Shown here piece after piece: positions 10,570 to 19,734 of a stretch of DNA of 64,000 nucleotides; within the stretch, counting starts at the first letter, position 1; every line of letters starts with the position of its first letter. The DNA is from Fimbriimonadales bacterium. Its GTDB lineage: Bacteria; Armatimonadota; Fimbriimonadia; Fimbriimonadales; ATM1. Below the pieces are notes generated by a model. The model saw only the letters and a list, made by a program, of their open reading frames with translations. It was not told the origin of the DNA and did no database searches. The stretch spans positions 64,001 through 128,000 of the forward strand of contig JBGTLG010000033.1 of NCBI GenBank assembly GCA_041744215.1. The letters are read 5' to 3'. The position numbers and the translations under genes were made by a program.

Positions 10570-11568
10570 ATGCCATACGATGTTTGTTTGATTCGTGGAG
10601 ACGGGATTGGGCCGGAGATCACTGCGGCGACAGAAAAGATCATCGCAGCCGCGGGCGTTGCAATCAACTGGATCGAAGTCGATGCGGGATTGCGGTGTGT
10701 CGAAGCTGGTGAGCCGATTGTTCCGGACAGGACGCTGAAGAAGATCGAGGAAGTTGGGATCGCGCTCAAGGCGCCGATGACGACACCGATTGGGAAGGGT
10801 TCTGTTTCGCCGAATGTAACGCTACGGAAGCGACTGGATTTGTACGCTTGTGTGCGCCCTGCGAAGTCGTTACCGGGCGTGCCGACCCCTTTCGAGGGGC
10901 TCGACATCGTCATCTTCCGCGAAAACACAGAGGATCTCTACGCGCAGATCGAATACATGGAGACGCCGACGGTCGCGATGTCGACCAAACTCATTTCGGA
11001 GATGGGAGCGGAGAGGATTGCCCGCGCGGCGTTTGAGTATGCGCGGAAAAACCGTCGTCGCGCTGTGACATGCGTTCACAAAGCGAACATCATGAAGATT
11101 TCGGACGGCCTTTTTCTGCGCACTTTTCAGCGCGTTGCGGCCGAGTATCCTGACGTAGAGTCGTGGGACGTTATTGTGGATGCGCTCTGTATGCAGTTGG
11201 TGACGAAGTGGCGGATGTTCGATGTTTTGGTATTGCCAAACTTGTATGGCGATATAGTGAGCGATCTCGCTGCGGGCATGATGGGCGGTTTGGGTGTTGC
11301 GCCCGGCGCGAATTATGGAGACAAAGCCGCGATTTTTGAAGCGGTGCATGGCTCCGCGCCGAAATATCAAGGGCTCGACAAAGTGAATCCGATGGCGCTA
11401 TTGCTGTCCGGGACTTTGATGTTGCGGCACATCGGCGAAGACGCTGCGGCGATTCGGATCGAGAAAGCGGTCGAGACGACTTTGGTTAAGGGGATCAAGA
11501 CGTACGATTTGTTCGGCTCTGCTAAGACGAGCGAGTTCGCGGATGCGGTTTGTTCGGAACTGGGTTAG
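10570..11568 (+). CDS. icd: isocitrate/isopropylmalate dehydrogenase family enzyme (probable isocitrate dehydrogenase)
   Basis: GDGIGPE, RENTEDLY, VHKANIMK, NLYGDIVSD and EAVHGSAP motifs. Confidence 0.85.
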   Translation: MPYDVCLIRGDGIGPEITAATEKIIAAAGVAINWIEVDAGLRCVEAGEPIVPDRTLKKIEEVGIALKAPMTTPIGKGSVSPNVTLRKRLDLYACVRPAKSLPGVPTPFEGLDIVIFRENTEDLYAQIEYMETPTVAMSTKLISEMGAERIARAAFEYARKNRRRAVTCVHKANIMKISDGLFLRTFQRVAAEYPDVESWDVIVDALCMQLVTKWRMFDVLVLPNLYGDIVSDLAAGMMGGLGVAPGANYGDKAAIFEAVHGSAPKYQGLDKVNPMALLLSGTLMLRHIGEDAAAIRIEKAVETTLVKGIKTYDLFGSAKTSEFADAVCSELG

Positions 11569-12740
11569 TTCGTCAGCTTATCGAGCGCCTTCTTGAGATT
11601 TGGCGACGGTTTGCCGTAGCTGTGCGCTTCCCCCAGAGTTGTTCGGATGAGGCCGGAAGAGCGATCATATTCGATCATAACGACCACTTTTGCGCGGCGC
11701 AGTACGAGTTTCGCGGTGGGAGTGAACTTCTTTGGAGCGGAGGCCTGATCTACGTCGGCGTCTTTAACTTCGACGGACTGCCTTCCATTGGAAACGGTGA
11801 TCGCGCCGATGCCGAGGTCCCAACGCAAAGGCGCGGCTTTGCCGCCGCCGAATGGCGAGTACTTCTTCACACTCCAGACTGTTCCAGAGTTTGGATCCAC
11901 GTATCCACCGAATGCGGCCACGTCGGTCTTTACCGATTCACCCATGCTGGGTTGGAATGCAGAAAAGCAGTAAGCAAGCGTCGATTCATTCGTTCCGATG
12001 AGATCGAGTACGGATTGCGGCACGGCGTTGACGTTCTGATTGATGTGCTGGGGTTTCGGGTTCCAGATCACCAATTCCGCCACCTCGACGTTGAGTGTGC
12101 TGGCTCCGAAGTTGGTGTAGACGTGGGCGGCGAAGTTGTAGATCGCCGCTTCGAGTGAAATCGAAACCTGAAACGATGTGGGCGGATTTGGGAGCCTGGG
12201 GTCACGAGTTAATCCGGTCAAGCGACCGGTGTTGTAGTCGATAAGAGCGGCGATGCGATGCTCAGGATGAAAGAAAATACTCTCATGGGTAGGCAGGTAA
12301 GCCAGAACATAGGCCGGAAAGCCATTCGCATTCAACTCCCGCACGAACTGCTTGACAACCACCGGCTGCGTGCACCCACTCGCTGCGACGTATTCAGTTC
12401 CGAGGGCCATGGCTAGATTGTCGCCAATAGCATTCTGGTGGTCCCATGACTCGGGCGGAGGGAATACGCGATCCGGAGGGGAATAGCTGAAGCCCACGAT
12501 GAGATGATCTGACCTGCGCAGGCGTACCCTGCCATCCGGGAAGGCAAAGACATACACGTCCGGAGTGTGATCTGCGCTCTCCAACTCAAACACGGGAACA
12601 TACAGATTCGAGTACGTTCCGTTTGCGGTCGCCGCCATGTCGCGGAAAGCCCGGGCTTTTGCGAGAGCGACTGCCTCGTCGTCCACCTGAACCAGAAACC
12701 CCGCAACGACCGCTGGGACCAATAGCGCAGTTATCATCAT
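11565..12740 (-). CDS. exported protein with PepSY-like motifs, paralog 1
   Basis: Signal peptide; LIDYNTGRL and YVDPNSGTV motifs; clear homolog of the next two ORFs. Confidence 0.8.
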   Translation of the reverse strand: MMITALLVPAVVAGFLVQVDDEAVALAKARAFRDMAATANGTYSNLYVPVFELESADHTPDVYVFAFPDGRVRLRRSDHLIVGFSYSPPDRVFPPPESWDHQNAIGDNLAMALGTEYVAASGCTQPVVVKQFVRELNANGFPAYVLAYLPTHESIFFHPEHRIAALIDYNTGRLTGLTRDPRLPNPPTSFQVSISLEAAIYNFAAHVYTNFGASTLNVEVAELVIWNPKPQHINQNVNAVPQSVLDLIGTNESTLAYCFSAFQPSMGESVKTDVAAFGGYVDPNSGTVWSVKKYSPFGGGKAAPLRWDLGIGAITVSNGRQSVEVKDADVDQASAPKKFTPTAKLVLRRAKVVVMIEYDRSSGLIRTTLGEAHSYGKPSPNLKKALDKLTN

Positions 12741-12862
12741 GTATCTCCTGGCGCGTTCCTCGAGGCGCGGCCCGCAGGCTTCGCGGACCAAAGATAGGAC
12801 GTGCGACCAGGGGAAGGAAGACGAGCGAGTTCGGGGATGCGGTCTGCGCGGAGTTGGTTTAG
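12741..12862. repeat. intergenic repeat (upstream region plus copy of icd 3' 45 bp)
   Basis: Homologous to 14038-14159; 12818-12862 reads KTSEFGDAVCAELV*. Confidence 0.9.
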
Positions 12863-14037
12863 CCCGTGAGCCGATCGAGCGCCTTCTTGAGATTCGGCGA
12901 CGGTTTGCCGTAGCTGTGCGCTTCTCGCAGGGTTGTGCGGAGGAGACCGCTTGTTCGGTCGTATTCGATCATGACAACGACTTTTGCGCGTCGGAGTACG
13001 AGTCTCGATGAAGCGTTGAAGGCTTTTGGTGCGGGAACTCGATCGACGTCAGCGTCCTTGACTTCGATCGAATGTCTTCCGTTCGAGGCAATAATCTCTC
13101 CGAGTCCCAGATCCCAACGAAGCGGCGCCAGCTTACCGCCGCCGCCGCCGAATGGCGTGTATTGCTTCACGCTCCAGACTGTGCCTGAATTTGGATCTAC
13201 GTAGCCCTCGAAAAAGGCGACGTCGGTCTTCGTCGATTCGCCCATGCTCGGTTGGAACGCCGAAAAGTAGTAAACGAGGGTCGATTCGTTCGTGCCGATG
13301 AGGTCGAGTACGGCTTGCGGCACGTTGTTCGCAGACTGATTGATGTCCTGCGGCTTCGGGTTCCAAATCACTAATTCTGCCCCATCGATGTTGAGGTTGC
13401 TTGCACCGTAGTTCGAGTAAACCCAGGACGCGAAGTTGTAGAGGGCGGTCTCCGGAGAAATCGAGGATTGGAGAGAGGCGGGTGGATTAGGGGTGTTCTC
13501 CGGACCGAAGTAACCGGTCAGGCGTCCGGTGCTTGGCTCAATCACAGCGAAGGCTTGATATCCACCGTCGAACGGAATTCCATTGTAAGTCGGGGCACAA
13601 TTGAAAACGTATCCCGGCCGACCGGAAACATTATTCTCCCGGCGGAGGCGCATCACCACAAAGTTGAGGGAATGCCCCGCTGCCGTCAAGTAGTTCATTG
13701 CCAATGCAACGGCCGCCGAGTCGCCAATTGCGTTCAGGCTATCCCACGTTTCAAGCGGTATAGCTTCGTCCAGCGGGGAAAAACTGAAGCCGACAACCAG
13801 GTGATTAGAGCGAAGCAGGATCACGCCGCCGTCCTTGAACTCGAAGACATACTTATCCGAACTGTGATCGGTGCCCCTCAATTCAAATACAGGACTGTAC
13901 AGATTCGAGTACGTTCGGTTTGCCGTCGCCGCCACGTCGCGGAACGCCCGGGCTTTTGCGAGAGCGACTGCCTCGTCGTCCACCTGAACCAGAAACCCCG
14001 CAACGACCGCTGGGATCAAAAGTGCAGTTATCATCAT
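12859..14037 (-). CDS. exported protein with PepSY-like motifs, paralog 2
   Basis: Signal peptide; VIEPSTGRL and YVDPNSGTV motifs. Confidence 0.8.
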   Translation of the reverse strand: MMITALLIPAVVAGFLVQVDDEAVALAKARAFRDVAATANRTYSNLYSPVFELRGTDHSSDKYVFEFKDGGVILLRSNHLVVGFSFSPLDEAIPLETWDSLNAIGDSAAVALAMNYLTAAGHSLNFVVMRLRRENNVSGRPGYVFNCAPTYNGIPFDGGYQAFAVIEPSTGRLTGYFGPENTPNPPASLQSSISPETALYNFASWVYSNYGASNLNIDGAELVIWNPKPQDINQSANNVPQAVLDLIGTNESTLVYYFSAFQPSMGESTKTDVAFFEGYVDPNSGTVWSVKQYTPFGGGGGKLAPLRWDLGLGEIIASNGRHSIEVKDADVDRVPAPKAFNASSRLVLRRAKVVVMIEYDRTSGLLRTTLREAHSYGKPSPNLKKALDRLTG

Positions 14038-14159
14038 GTATCTACGGGCGCGTTCCTCGAGGCGCGGGCCCCAGGCTTCGCGGACCTAAGATAGGATGTG
14101 CGACCAGGGAACGGAAGACGAGCGAGTTCGGCGACGCGGTTTGCGCTGAAGTGGCTTAG
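14038..14159. repeat. intergenic repeat (upstream region plus copy of icd 3' 45 bp)
   Basis: Homologous to 12741-12862; 14115-14159 reads KTSEFGDAVCAEVA*. Confidence 0.9.
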
Positions 14160-15325
14160 CCCGTGAGCCGATCGAGCGCCTTCTTGAGGTTCGGCGACGG
14201 TTTGCCGTAGCTGTGCGCTTCTCCCAGGGTTGTGCGGAGGAGACCGCTTGCTCGGTCATATTCGATCATGACAACGACTTTTGCGCGTCGGAGTACGAGT
14301 CTCGATGAAGCGTTGAAGGCTTTTGGTTCGGGAACTTGATCGACGTCAGCGTCCTTGACTTCGATCGATTGTTTTGCGTTGGAAACGGTGATCGCGCCGA
14401 TTCCGAGGTCCCAACGCAAAGGCGCGGCTTTGCCGCCGCCGAATGGGAAGTACTGCTTCACGCTCCAGACTGCGCCCGAGTTGGGATCGACATATCCGCC
14501 GTAACCGGAAATGTCCCGCTTCCCTTCCGCGTATCCGCTCGGCTGCACGGCCCAGAAGCAATAGACTAGAACCGAGTCGTTGGTTCCAATCAAGTCGAGT
14601 ACCGATTGAGGCAGACTATGGGATTCATAGCTGATATGCGACGGTTGTGGATTCCATATCACCAGTTCCGAAGTCTCCACGTTGATATTGCTGGCACCGT
14701 AAGTGGTGAAGACGTGCGCAGCAAAGTTATAAAGCGCCGTTTCATGTGGCACAGACGTCAGAAATGAAGCCGGTGGATTCGGCAATTCGGCGTCCCGTAC
14801 GAGAAACAAGAGGCGACCCGTGTTGTATTCCACCAAAGTTGATATTGCGTACTGAGGATGGTAGAGTACGCTGTTGTGAGCAGGAAGATGTGTCATTGAG
14901 TAAGCTACATACATGACTGCATGCAGATCTCGCTCAAAGTACTTGAGGACGCATGGCTGCGAGCAACCACTCGCTTCGATGTACTGGCCTGCAAGCGTCT
15001 GTGCAGCTGAATCGCCGATCGCGTTCTGGGCATCCCACGTATCGAGAACTGGCCGTGCCGCATCCGGCGGTGAGAAACTGAAACCGACGATGAGGTGATC
15101 CGAGCGGCGAATGCGCACTCCCCCATCTGCAAAATAGAAGTGATAAATCTCAGCGTTGTGATCGGTTTTTTCAAGCTCGAATACTGGAGAATATTGGTTC
15201 GAATATGTTCCGTTCGCGCTCGCCGCTGTCTCACGAAATGCTCGCGCTTTATTGAGCGCAGTTACTTCGTCGTCATAAACGAAGCCTGTGGACAACAAAA
15301 CTGGCAGCAGAACAATTGAGGTCAT
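14156..15325 (-). CDS. exported protein with PepSY-like motifs, paralog 3
   Basis: ATG overlaps the stop of the upstream gene (ATGA); LVEYNTGRL and YVDPNSGAV motifs. Confidence 0.8.
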   Translation of the reverse strand: MTSIVLLPVLLSTGFVYDDEVTALNKARAFRETAASANGTYSNQYSPVFELEKTDHNAEIYHFYFADGGVRIRRSDHLIVGFSFSPPDAARPVLDTWDAQNAIGDSAAQTLAGQYIEASGCSQPCVLKYFERDLHAVMYVAYSMTHLPAHNSVLYHPQYAISTLVEYNTGRLLFLVRDAELPNPPASFLTSVPHETALYNFAAHVFTTYGASNINVETSELVIWNPQPSHISYESHSLPQSVLDLIGTNDSVLVYCFWAVQPSGYAEGKRDISGYGGYVDPNSGAVWSVKQYFPFGGGKAAPLRWDLGIGAITVSNAKQSIEVKDADVDQVPEPKAFNASSRLVLRRAKVVVMIEYDRASGLLRTTLGEAHSYGKPSPNLKKALDRLTG

Positions 15326-16677
15326 TGGCTTCCTCCTGGTGGATTGTTTGGCGTTCCCCCTCCGAAACTTGGCGGGTTGATCAGAATCCACTGGGTTCCT
15401 GTTCCCCCGTATACACCCATCAGTTTCATGTTCCCGTCTCCTACAATTCGAGGGTACGCCCTCGAAATCGATTCATACTGTCCAGCGCGTGGAATGACTC
15501 CGGCACTGATCAAGTCACCGATCACTTTTCCAACCGTCTTGCCGGCCGTCAAATCGCTAAAGAACTTCTCGGCCCAAATGGCGAGGTCAGTAATGTCTCC
15601 AGGGTTCAACGCAGGCGGCGGTCCGTGAGCAAACAATGAGAAGCTCCATCCTACATAGGCTCTATTCTTTGAACCCGATGTTATCGAACCGCCAGGTCCA
15701 AGGACAACATTTGCTATCTCAAAAGCAGCGGCAGGCGTTCTCCCGCTGTCGCGCCCAGTCGTGTCGCAAGCCATCAAGACGACAAGATTGTACGGCGGAG
15801 CGTTCGCCGGATTCGGATCAAGTACCCAGTCTTTGATGTTGGACCAAGTCGCTTCCAGTGGCTGCGGCTGCATAGCAACAGAAGGATAGACACCGCGCTG
15901 GTCGCCATGAGTAATGCCGACCAGCACCGTGCTCTTGCGTATCAGCTCGGTCAATTGTGATAGCGAGACGGATTGTGAATCATCGAACGGCTTTGGCTCT
16001 GCCGTGTGATTCATTCCTTCGAGCGCGCCACCGGCTATGTTGATGCACTCCTTAGCCTTCGAAGACTCCGGCGAACCCGGTGGCACGGCGGTTGCGACAA
16101 GTCCAGCTTTGTTGTACACCTTGATGTCCACTTCGACGACCAGTTCCTTCGTAGAGGTCTCCTGCACATACGTAACTCCGCCGTCGTATGAGACGAGCCA
16201 ATACCCCTCGAATTTCGCGCGAAGGCGGATTTTGCCCTGAGTGTTATCTGGGAAATGGGTCGAAGAGAAGCGCACTCCGTAGCCGTAGGTTGGAGTCGGC
16301 TCATAACTGACCTGCGGCATCGGAGGATCATTCTCGCCAGAGGGGTTTCCCGCTTCCTCCCCCAGGATCTTCAGCTCGAATTCCACAATGCGGACTCCGG
16401 CCCAGTTGTCAATCGCGAAGGGATCATAGCCAGGTGTTCCCATCGGAATCTCTCCCGCTCCAGCATGCACACCGAACTCGACGCTCGTTCCGCTGACAAG
16501 GGTGGGAGAGTGCGATGACAGGACATCCTCTCCACTTACGCTGACCGAGAGTCTTTTCCCTTTGTGATCAAGGGTTACCGCGCCCGGGGGCGGCGGATCG
16601 GGGGAACCACCTCCACCCGTTTGCCCGAACAATCCAGCGCCGAGTAGCGACGCAGCGACGATCCATCCTACTCTCAT
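15322..16677 (-). CDS. secreted protein with putative caspase/CHAT/C25-like (clan CD) cysteine peptidase domain
   Basis: Signal peptide MRVGWIVAASLLGAGLFG; VGITHGD, LVVLMACDT and RAYVGWS motifs. Confidence 0.6.
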   Translation of the reverse strand: MRVGWIVAASLLGAGLFGQTGGGGSPDPPPPGAVTLDHKGKRLSVSVSGEDVLSSHSPTLVSGTSVEFGVHAGAGEIPMGTPGYDPFAIDNWAGVRIVEFELKILGEEAGNPSGENDPPMPQVSYEPTPTYGYGVRFSSTHFPDNTQGKIRLRAKFEGYWLVSYDGGVTYVQETSTKELVVEVDIKVYNKAGLVATAVPPGSPESSKAKECINIAGGALEGMNHTAEPKPFDDSQSVSLSQLTELIRKSTVLVGITHGDQRGVYPSVAMQPQPLEATWSNIKDWVLDPNPANAPPYNLVVLMACDTTGRDSGRTPAAAFEIANVVLGPGGSITSGSKNRAYVGWSFSLFAHGPPPALNPGDITDLAIWAEKFFSDLTAGKTVGKVIGDLISAGVIPRAGQYESISRAYPRIVGDGNMKLMGVYGGTGTQWILINPPSFGGGTPNNPPGGSQ

Positions 16678-16689
16678 CAATATAGTACA

Positions 16690-16722
16690 AGTATAAGAGA
16701 GAGAGAGAGAGAGAGAGAGCAA
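16690..16722 (-). promoter_or_regulatory. sigma70-like promoter whose spacer is a (CT)n/(AG)12 microsatellite
   Basis: On the minus strand: TTGCTC (16722-16717), 21-nt spacer, TATACT (16695-16690); the AG tract spans 16696-16719. Confidence 0.65.
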
Positions 16723-16730
16723 CAGTATTT

Positions 16731-17612
16731 TTACTGGGTTTTAGGCTCATCAGGATCGGTTTTTGGGACGGCTTGCTGGCGATTAGAGAAGCAGACCGCC
16801 AGCGCGATTCCGCCGAGGGTGGCGATGGAGGCGACGATCAGACGCATCGTGATCTGCTCCGAGAGAAGGAGCGCACCTGCGAACGCCGTTAGGATTGGGA
16901 CCGAAAGCTGGACGATGGCGGCGCGTGTCGAGGTTAGGCTTGGCTGCACCGCGTACCACAAGATGTAGCCGAGACCCGACGTGACGACCCCTGAAACAAC
17001 CGCGTACACAACGCCGACGTTTGTGAACTCGATTTGCGAGAAGAGAACTGCGGACAATGCGATTGCGAAAGGCGCGGACCAGCGGAAGTTCTCTGCCGTT
17101 GCGAGGGCAGGATGCTCAGCGCCTCGTCCGCGCAAAGTGTATGCCCCCCACGCGATTCCGGCGATGGCCATGAACGCCGCACCGAGCGGATCAGGCGCTG
17201 ATAGGCCAGGCGAGACGAGATAGACCAAGCCGCAGAGCGCGATCAAAAGCCCCAACCATTCTTGAAGTCCCGGACGCTCCCCGCGCACGATCCCATAAGA
17301 GATCATCGTCGCTTGCACCATGCCGAAGAGAATCAGCGCGCCGACGCCGGATTCGAGCGAAACGTATGCGAACGAGAACGCGATCGCATACAGCGCAAGC
17401 ATAAAGCCGGAGATCGCATTGCCAGCACCCTTTTGTTTTGAGCGAAGCGAGAACAGTAGCCAAAGCGCGATTGCGCCAGAGACGAGCCGGATCGTGGTGA
17501 AGCTCGCCGCATCGATTTGTTCTTCGCGCAGAGCCAGCCGACAAAGAATCGAATTGCTCGCAAATGCGGCGAGAGCGAGAGCTGTCAGCAGACCTGCGCG
17601 AAGCGGTGACAA
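16731..17612 (-). CDS. DMT/EamA family transporter
   Basis: About 10 TM segments in two EamA repeats. Confidence 0.9.
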   Translation of the reverse strand: MSPLRAGLLTALALAAFASNSILCRLALREEQIDAASFTTIRLVSGAIALWLLFSLRSKQKGAGNAISGFMLALYAIAFSFAYVSLESGVGALILFGMVQATMISYGIVRGERPGLQEWLGLLIALCGLVYLVSPGLSAPDPLGAAFMAIAGIAWGAYTLRGRGAEHPALATAENFRWSAPFAIALSAVLFSQIEFTNVGVVYAVVSGVVTSGLGYILWYAVQPSLTSTRAAIVQLSVPILTAFAGALLLSEQITMRLIVASIATLGGIALAVCFSNRQQAVPKTDPDEPKTQ

Positions 17613-18314
17613 TTAGCGAGCGATCTTTACGATCTCAAGTTCGAAAACGAGCGTGCTAAATGGCGGGACCGCGGGCGGCCGACCGGGTTCGCCGTACGCG
17701 AGCGGATATGGGATCGTGACTTTTCGTTTTCCGCCTTCTTTCATGCCAGTCAGACCTTGTGTGAAGCCTTTGATCACCGCAGTCTTGCCGAGCGTAACTT
17801 TGAACGTCTCTCCTCGATCGTGCGAGCTGTCGAGTTTGTGCCCGTTGAGGAAGGTGACAGTGTAATGCACCTCGAGGGCGTCGCCATCTTTTGCGGCCAC
17901 GCCGGAGCCTTCGGTCAATTGCTCGATCTCGATGCTCGGTTCTGCGCCCTGCTTGTCGACTCTGAGCAGCTGAATCTCAAAGACGAGCGTCGAGTTTGCG
18001 GGGATGGGTCCGTTGGATTTGTCTCCGTATCCGAGTTCGGGTGGAACGGACACCATTCGCTTGCCACCCGGCTTCATACCGAGGATCGCCTGCTCGAGCC
18101 CCGAGATGACGATCTCTTTGCCCAGTTCGAACGCCATTGGAGCCTTCCCCTTGGTCGTCCCGAATTCCACTCCGGTGGTCAGCGACCCACGGTAGTCAAG
18201 AGCGACGATATCGCCAGATTGGGCGGTTTCTCCCTTTCCTATAACCATGTCGATGTAGTTGATGGCTGCCGGAGTCTGAAGAATCACGGTGGCAGCGAAT
18301 ACGGAACTGATCAT
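17613..18314 (-). CDS. FKBP-type peptidyl-prolyl isomerase, two domains
   Basis: VPPELGYG...IPANSTLVFEI and IPYPLAYG...VPPFSTLVFEL. Confidence 0.95.
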   Translation of the reverse strand: MISSVFAATVILQTPAAINYIDMVIGKGETAQSGDIVALDYRGSLTTGVEFGTTKGKAPMAFELGKEIVISGLEQAILGMKPGGKRMVSVPPELGYGDKSNGPIPANSTLVFEIQLLRVDKQGAEPSIEIEQLTEGSGVAAKDGDALEVHYTVTFLNGHKLDSSHDRGETFKVTLGKTAVIKGFTQGLTGMKEGGKRKVTIPYPLAYGEPGRPPAVPPFSTLVFELEIVKIAR

Positions 18315-18355
18315 AGCGGAAGACTACCTGGGCAGCGTATGTAAACTGGCAGACT

Positions 18356-18910
18356 ATGGCGAAGATCTACACGAAGACGGGGGACGCGGGCGAGACTGGG
18401 CTGATTGGCGGCGACCGGGTTTCGAAGGGGAGTGCCCGGATGAACGCGATCGGCGAAGTCGACGAGGCTAATGCGGCGATCGGCTTAGCCGTCACCTCCG
18501 GCCTCGATGCAGACGTTGCTGCGGTTCTGCGCCGCATCCAATGGGAGCTTTTTGATTTGGGAGCAAGCCTGGCGACGGTCAAGTCGGGAGCCTATAGGAC
18601 GTCGAGCGTCGGGCAACGTCAGATCGAGCAGATCGAATCCGAGATCGACGGGTTCTCTTCGGAGAACCCTCCGCTGACGCACTTCATCCTGCCTGGCGGA
18701 TCGTTGCTGGGGGCCCACCTGCACCTTGCTCGAACCGTCGTTCGTCGAGCCGAGCGGGCGGTCGTCGGGCTGGCAGAGACGGAGGCTGTTCCTGCCGAAG
18801 CCATCATGTACCTGAATAGGCTCTCGGACTTGCTCTTCACACTTGCCCGTACCGTGAACAGGAGGTCGGGCGTCGAAGAATTGAAGTGGACGCCGGAGGT
18901 TAAGACGTGA
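18356..18910 (+). CDS. PduO-type cob(I)alamin adenosyltransferase
   Basis: KIYTKTGDAGET, FILPGG, RTVVRRAER, YLNRLSD. Confidence 0.95.
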   Translation: MAKIYTKTGDAGETGLIGGDRVSKGSARMNAIGEVDEANAAIGLAVTSGLDADVAAVLRRIQWELFDLGASLATVKSGAYRTSSVGQRQIEQIESEIDGFSSENPPLTHFILPGGSLLGAHLHLARTVVRRAERAVVGLAETEAVPAEAIMYLNRLSDLLFTLARTVNRRSGVEELKWTPEVKT

Positions 18911-19668
18911 TTTCAGTTGTTGCTGCCTTGATTATGAGTTCGCCGTATGCGCTTACGGCGGAAGAACTGTGGACGAACACGCTTCAGAGGTATGAGACCG
19001 CTGTGGCTGTTAGGGGGACGATCGAGTTTGTTCAAACGGGCACAGCCGGGGACTTAGAGGGTCGCTCCGTCGTCGTGACCGAAGTGGCGGCAAAGCAGCC
19101 AAACCTGTTTTCAATTCGTCAGACGAAGCGAACGGGGCAAGCATCGGTGTTCATGGCAGCGAGCGACGGGAAACAGATGTCGTTCACTGCGCCCGCTGAC
19201 TGGCAACGGATCTCTTCGCGTGCACGCACCGTGTATGGGTGGGCTCCAGAAAAACTGGAAGGCGCGCTTGACAGCATTGCGACCCTTTTGCTCGATAGGC
19301 AATTGCCGATTGCACTTGCGGTTTACAATCCAGTCGATGTGAAACTGTTTTCTCGGGCGATTCGAAAACCGGTGATTGCGGATGAATTTGTGGACGGCGG
19401 AAGGACAGTCTATCGCTTGGAGGCAGACTTTGCGTTTTCCCGGTTTGGCCCTGCCGACCCAAGCAAGCGCAATTCGGTCGATGCTTGGATTCCGATCCAC
19501 CTCTACGTTACGAAAGCTGGGGACTTGCTGGCGATGGAGTATGCGGAAACACTGAGCTTTAAGGATCAGCGGACGGGGCTGAACATCTCCCTTCAGGTTG
19601 TCAATCGGTGGAACGTTAACCTCCAGGTGAATGTGCCGATCGACTCGTCAGTCTTTGCGGTGCAGTAG
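18907..19668 (+). CDS. exported LolA-like fold protein
   Basis: Signal peptide; KQPNLF...SDGK pattern; C-terminal PIDSSVF; paralog of the next gene. Confidence 0.6.
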   Translation: MISVVAALIMSSPYALTAEELWTNTLQRYETAVAVRGTIEFVQTGTAGDLEGRSVVVTEVAAKQPNLFSIRQTKRTGQASVFMAASDGKQMSFTAPADWQRISSRARTVYGWAPEKLEGALDSIATLLLDRQLPIALAVYNPVDVKLFSRAIRKPVIADEFVDGGRTVYRLEADFAFSRFGPADPSKRNSVDAWIPIHLYVTKAGDLLAMEYAETLSFKDQRTGLNISLQVVNRWNVNLQVNVPIDSSVFAVQ

Positions 19669-19734
19669 CCGTTTGGGTATCCTGATTCGAACTCGGCGCC
19701 CTGGCTCGGACGTCTTGGCGAGGGAATTCACTCT

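Noticed and set aside
11565-15325. Diversity-generating retroelement
   Set aside because: No reverse transcriptase, and differences between copies are not adenine-restricted.
16677-16722. N-terminal MLSLSLSLS extension of the 466-aa ORF (translational phase variation)
   Set aside because: The signal peptide starts at ATG 16677, so the tract is better explained as promoter DNA.
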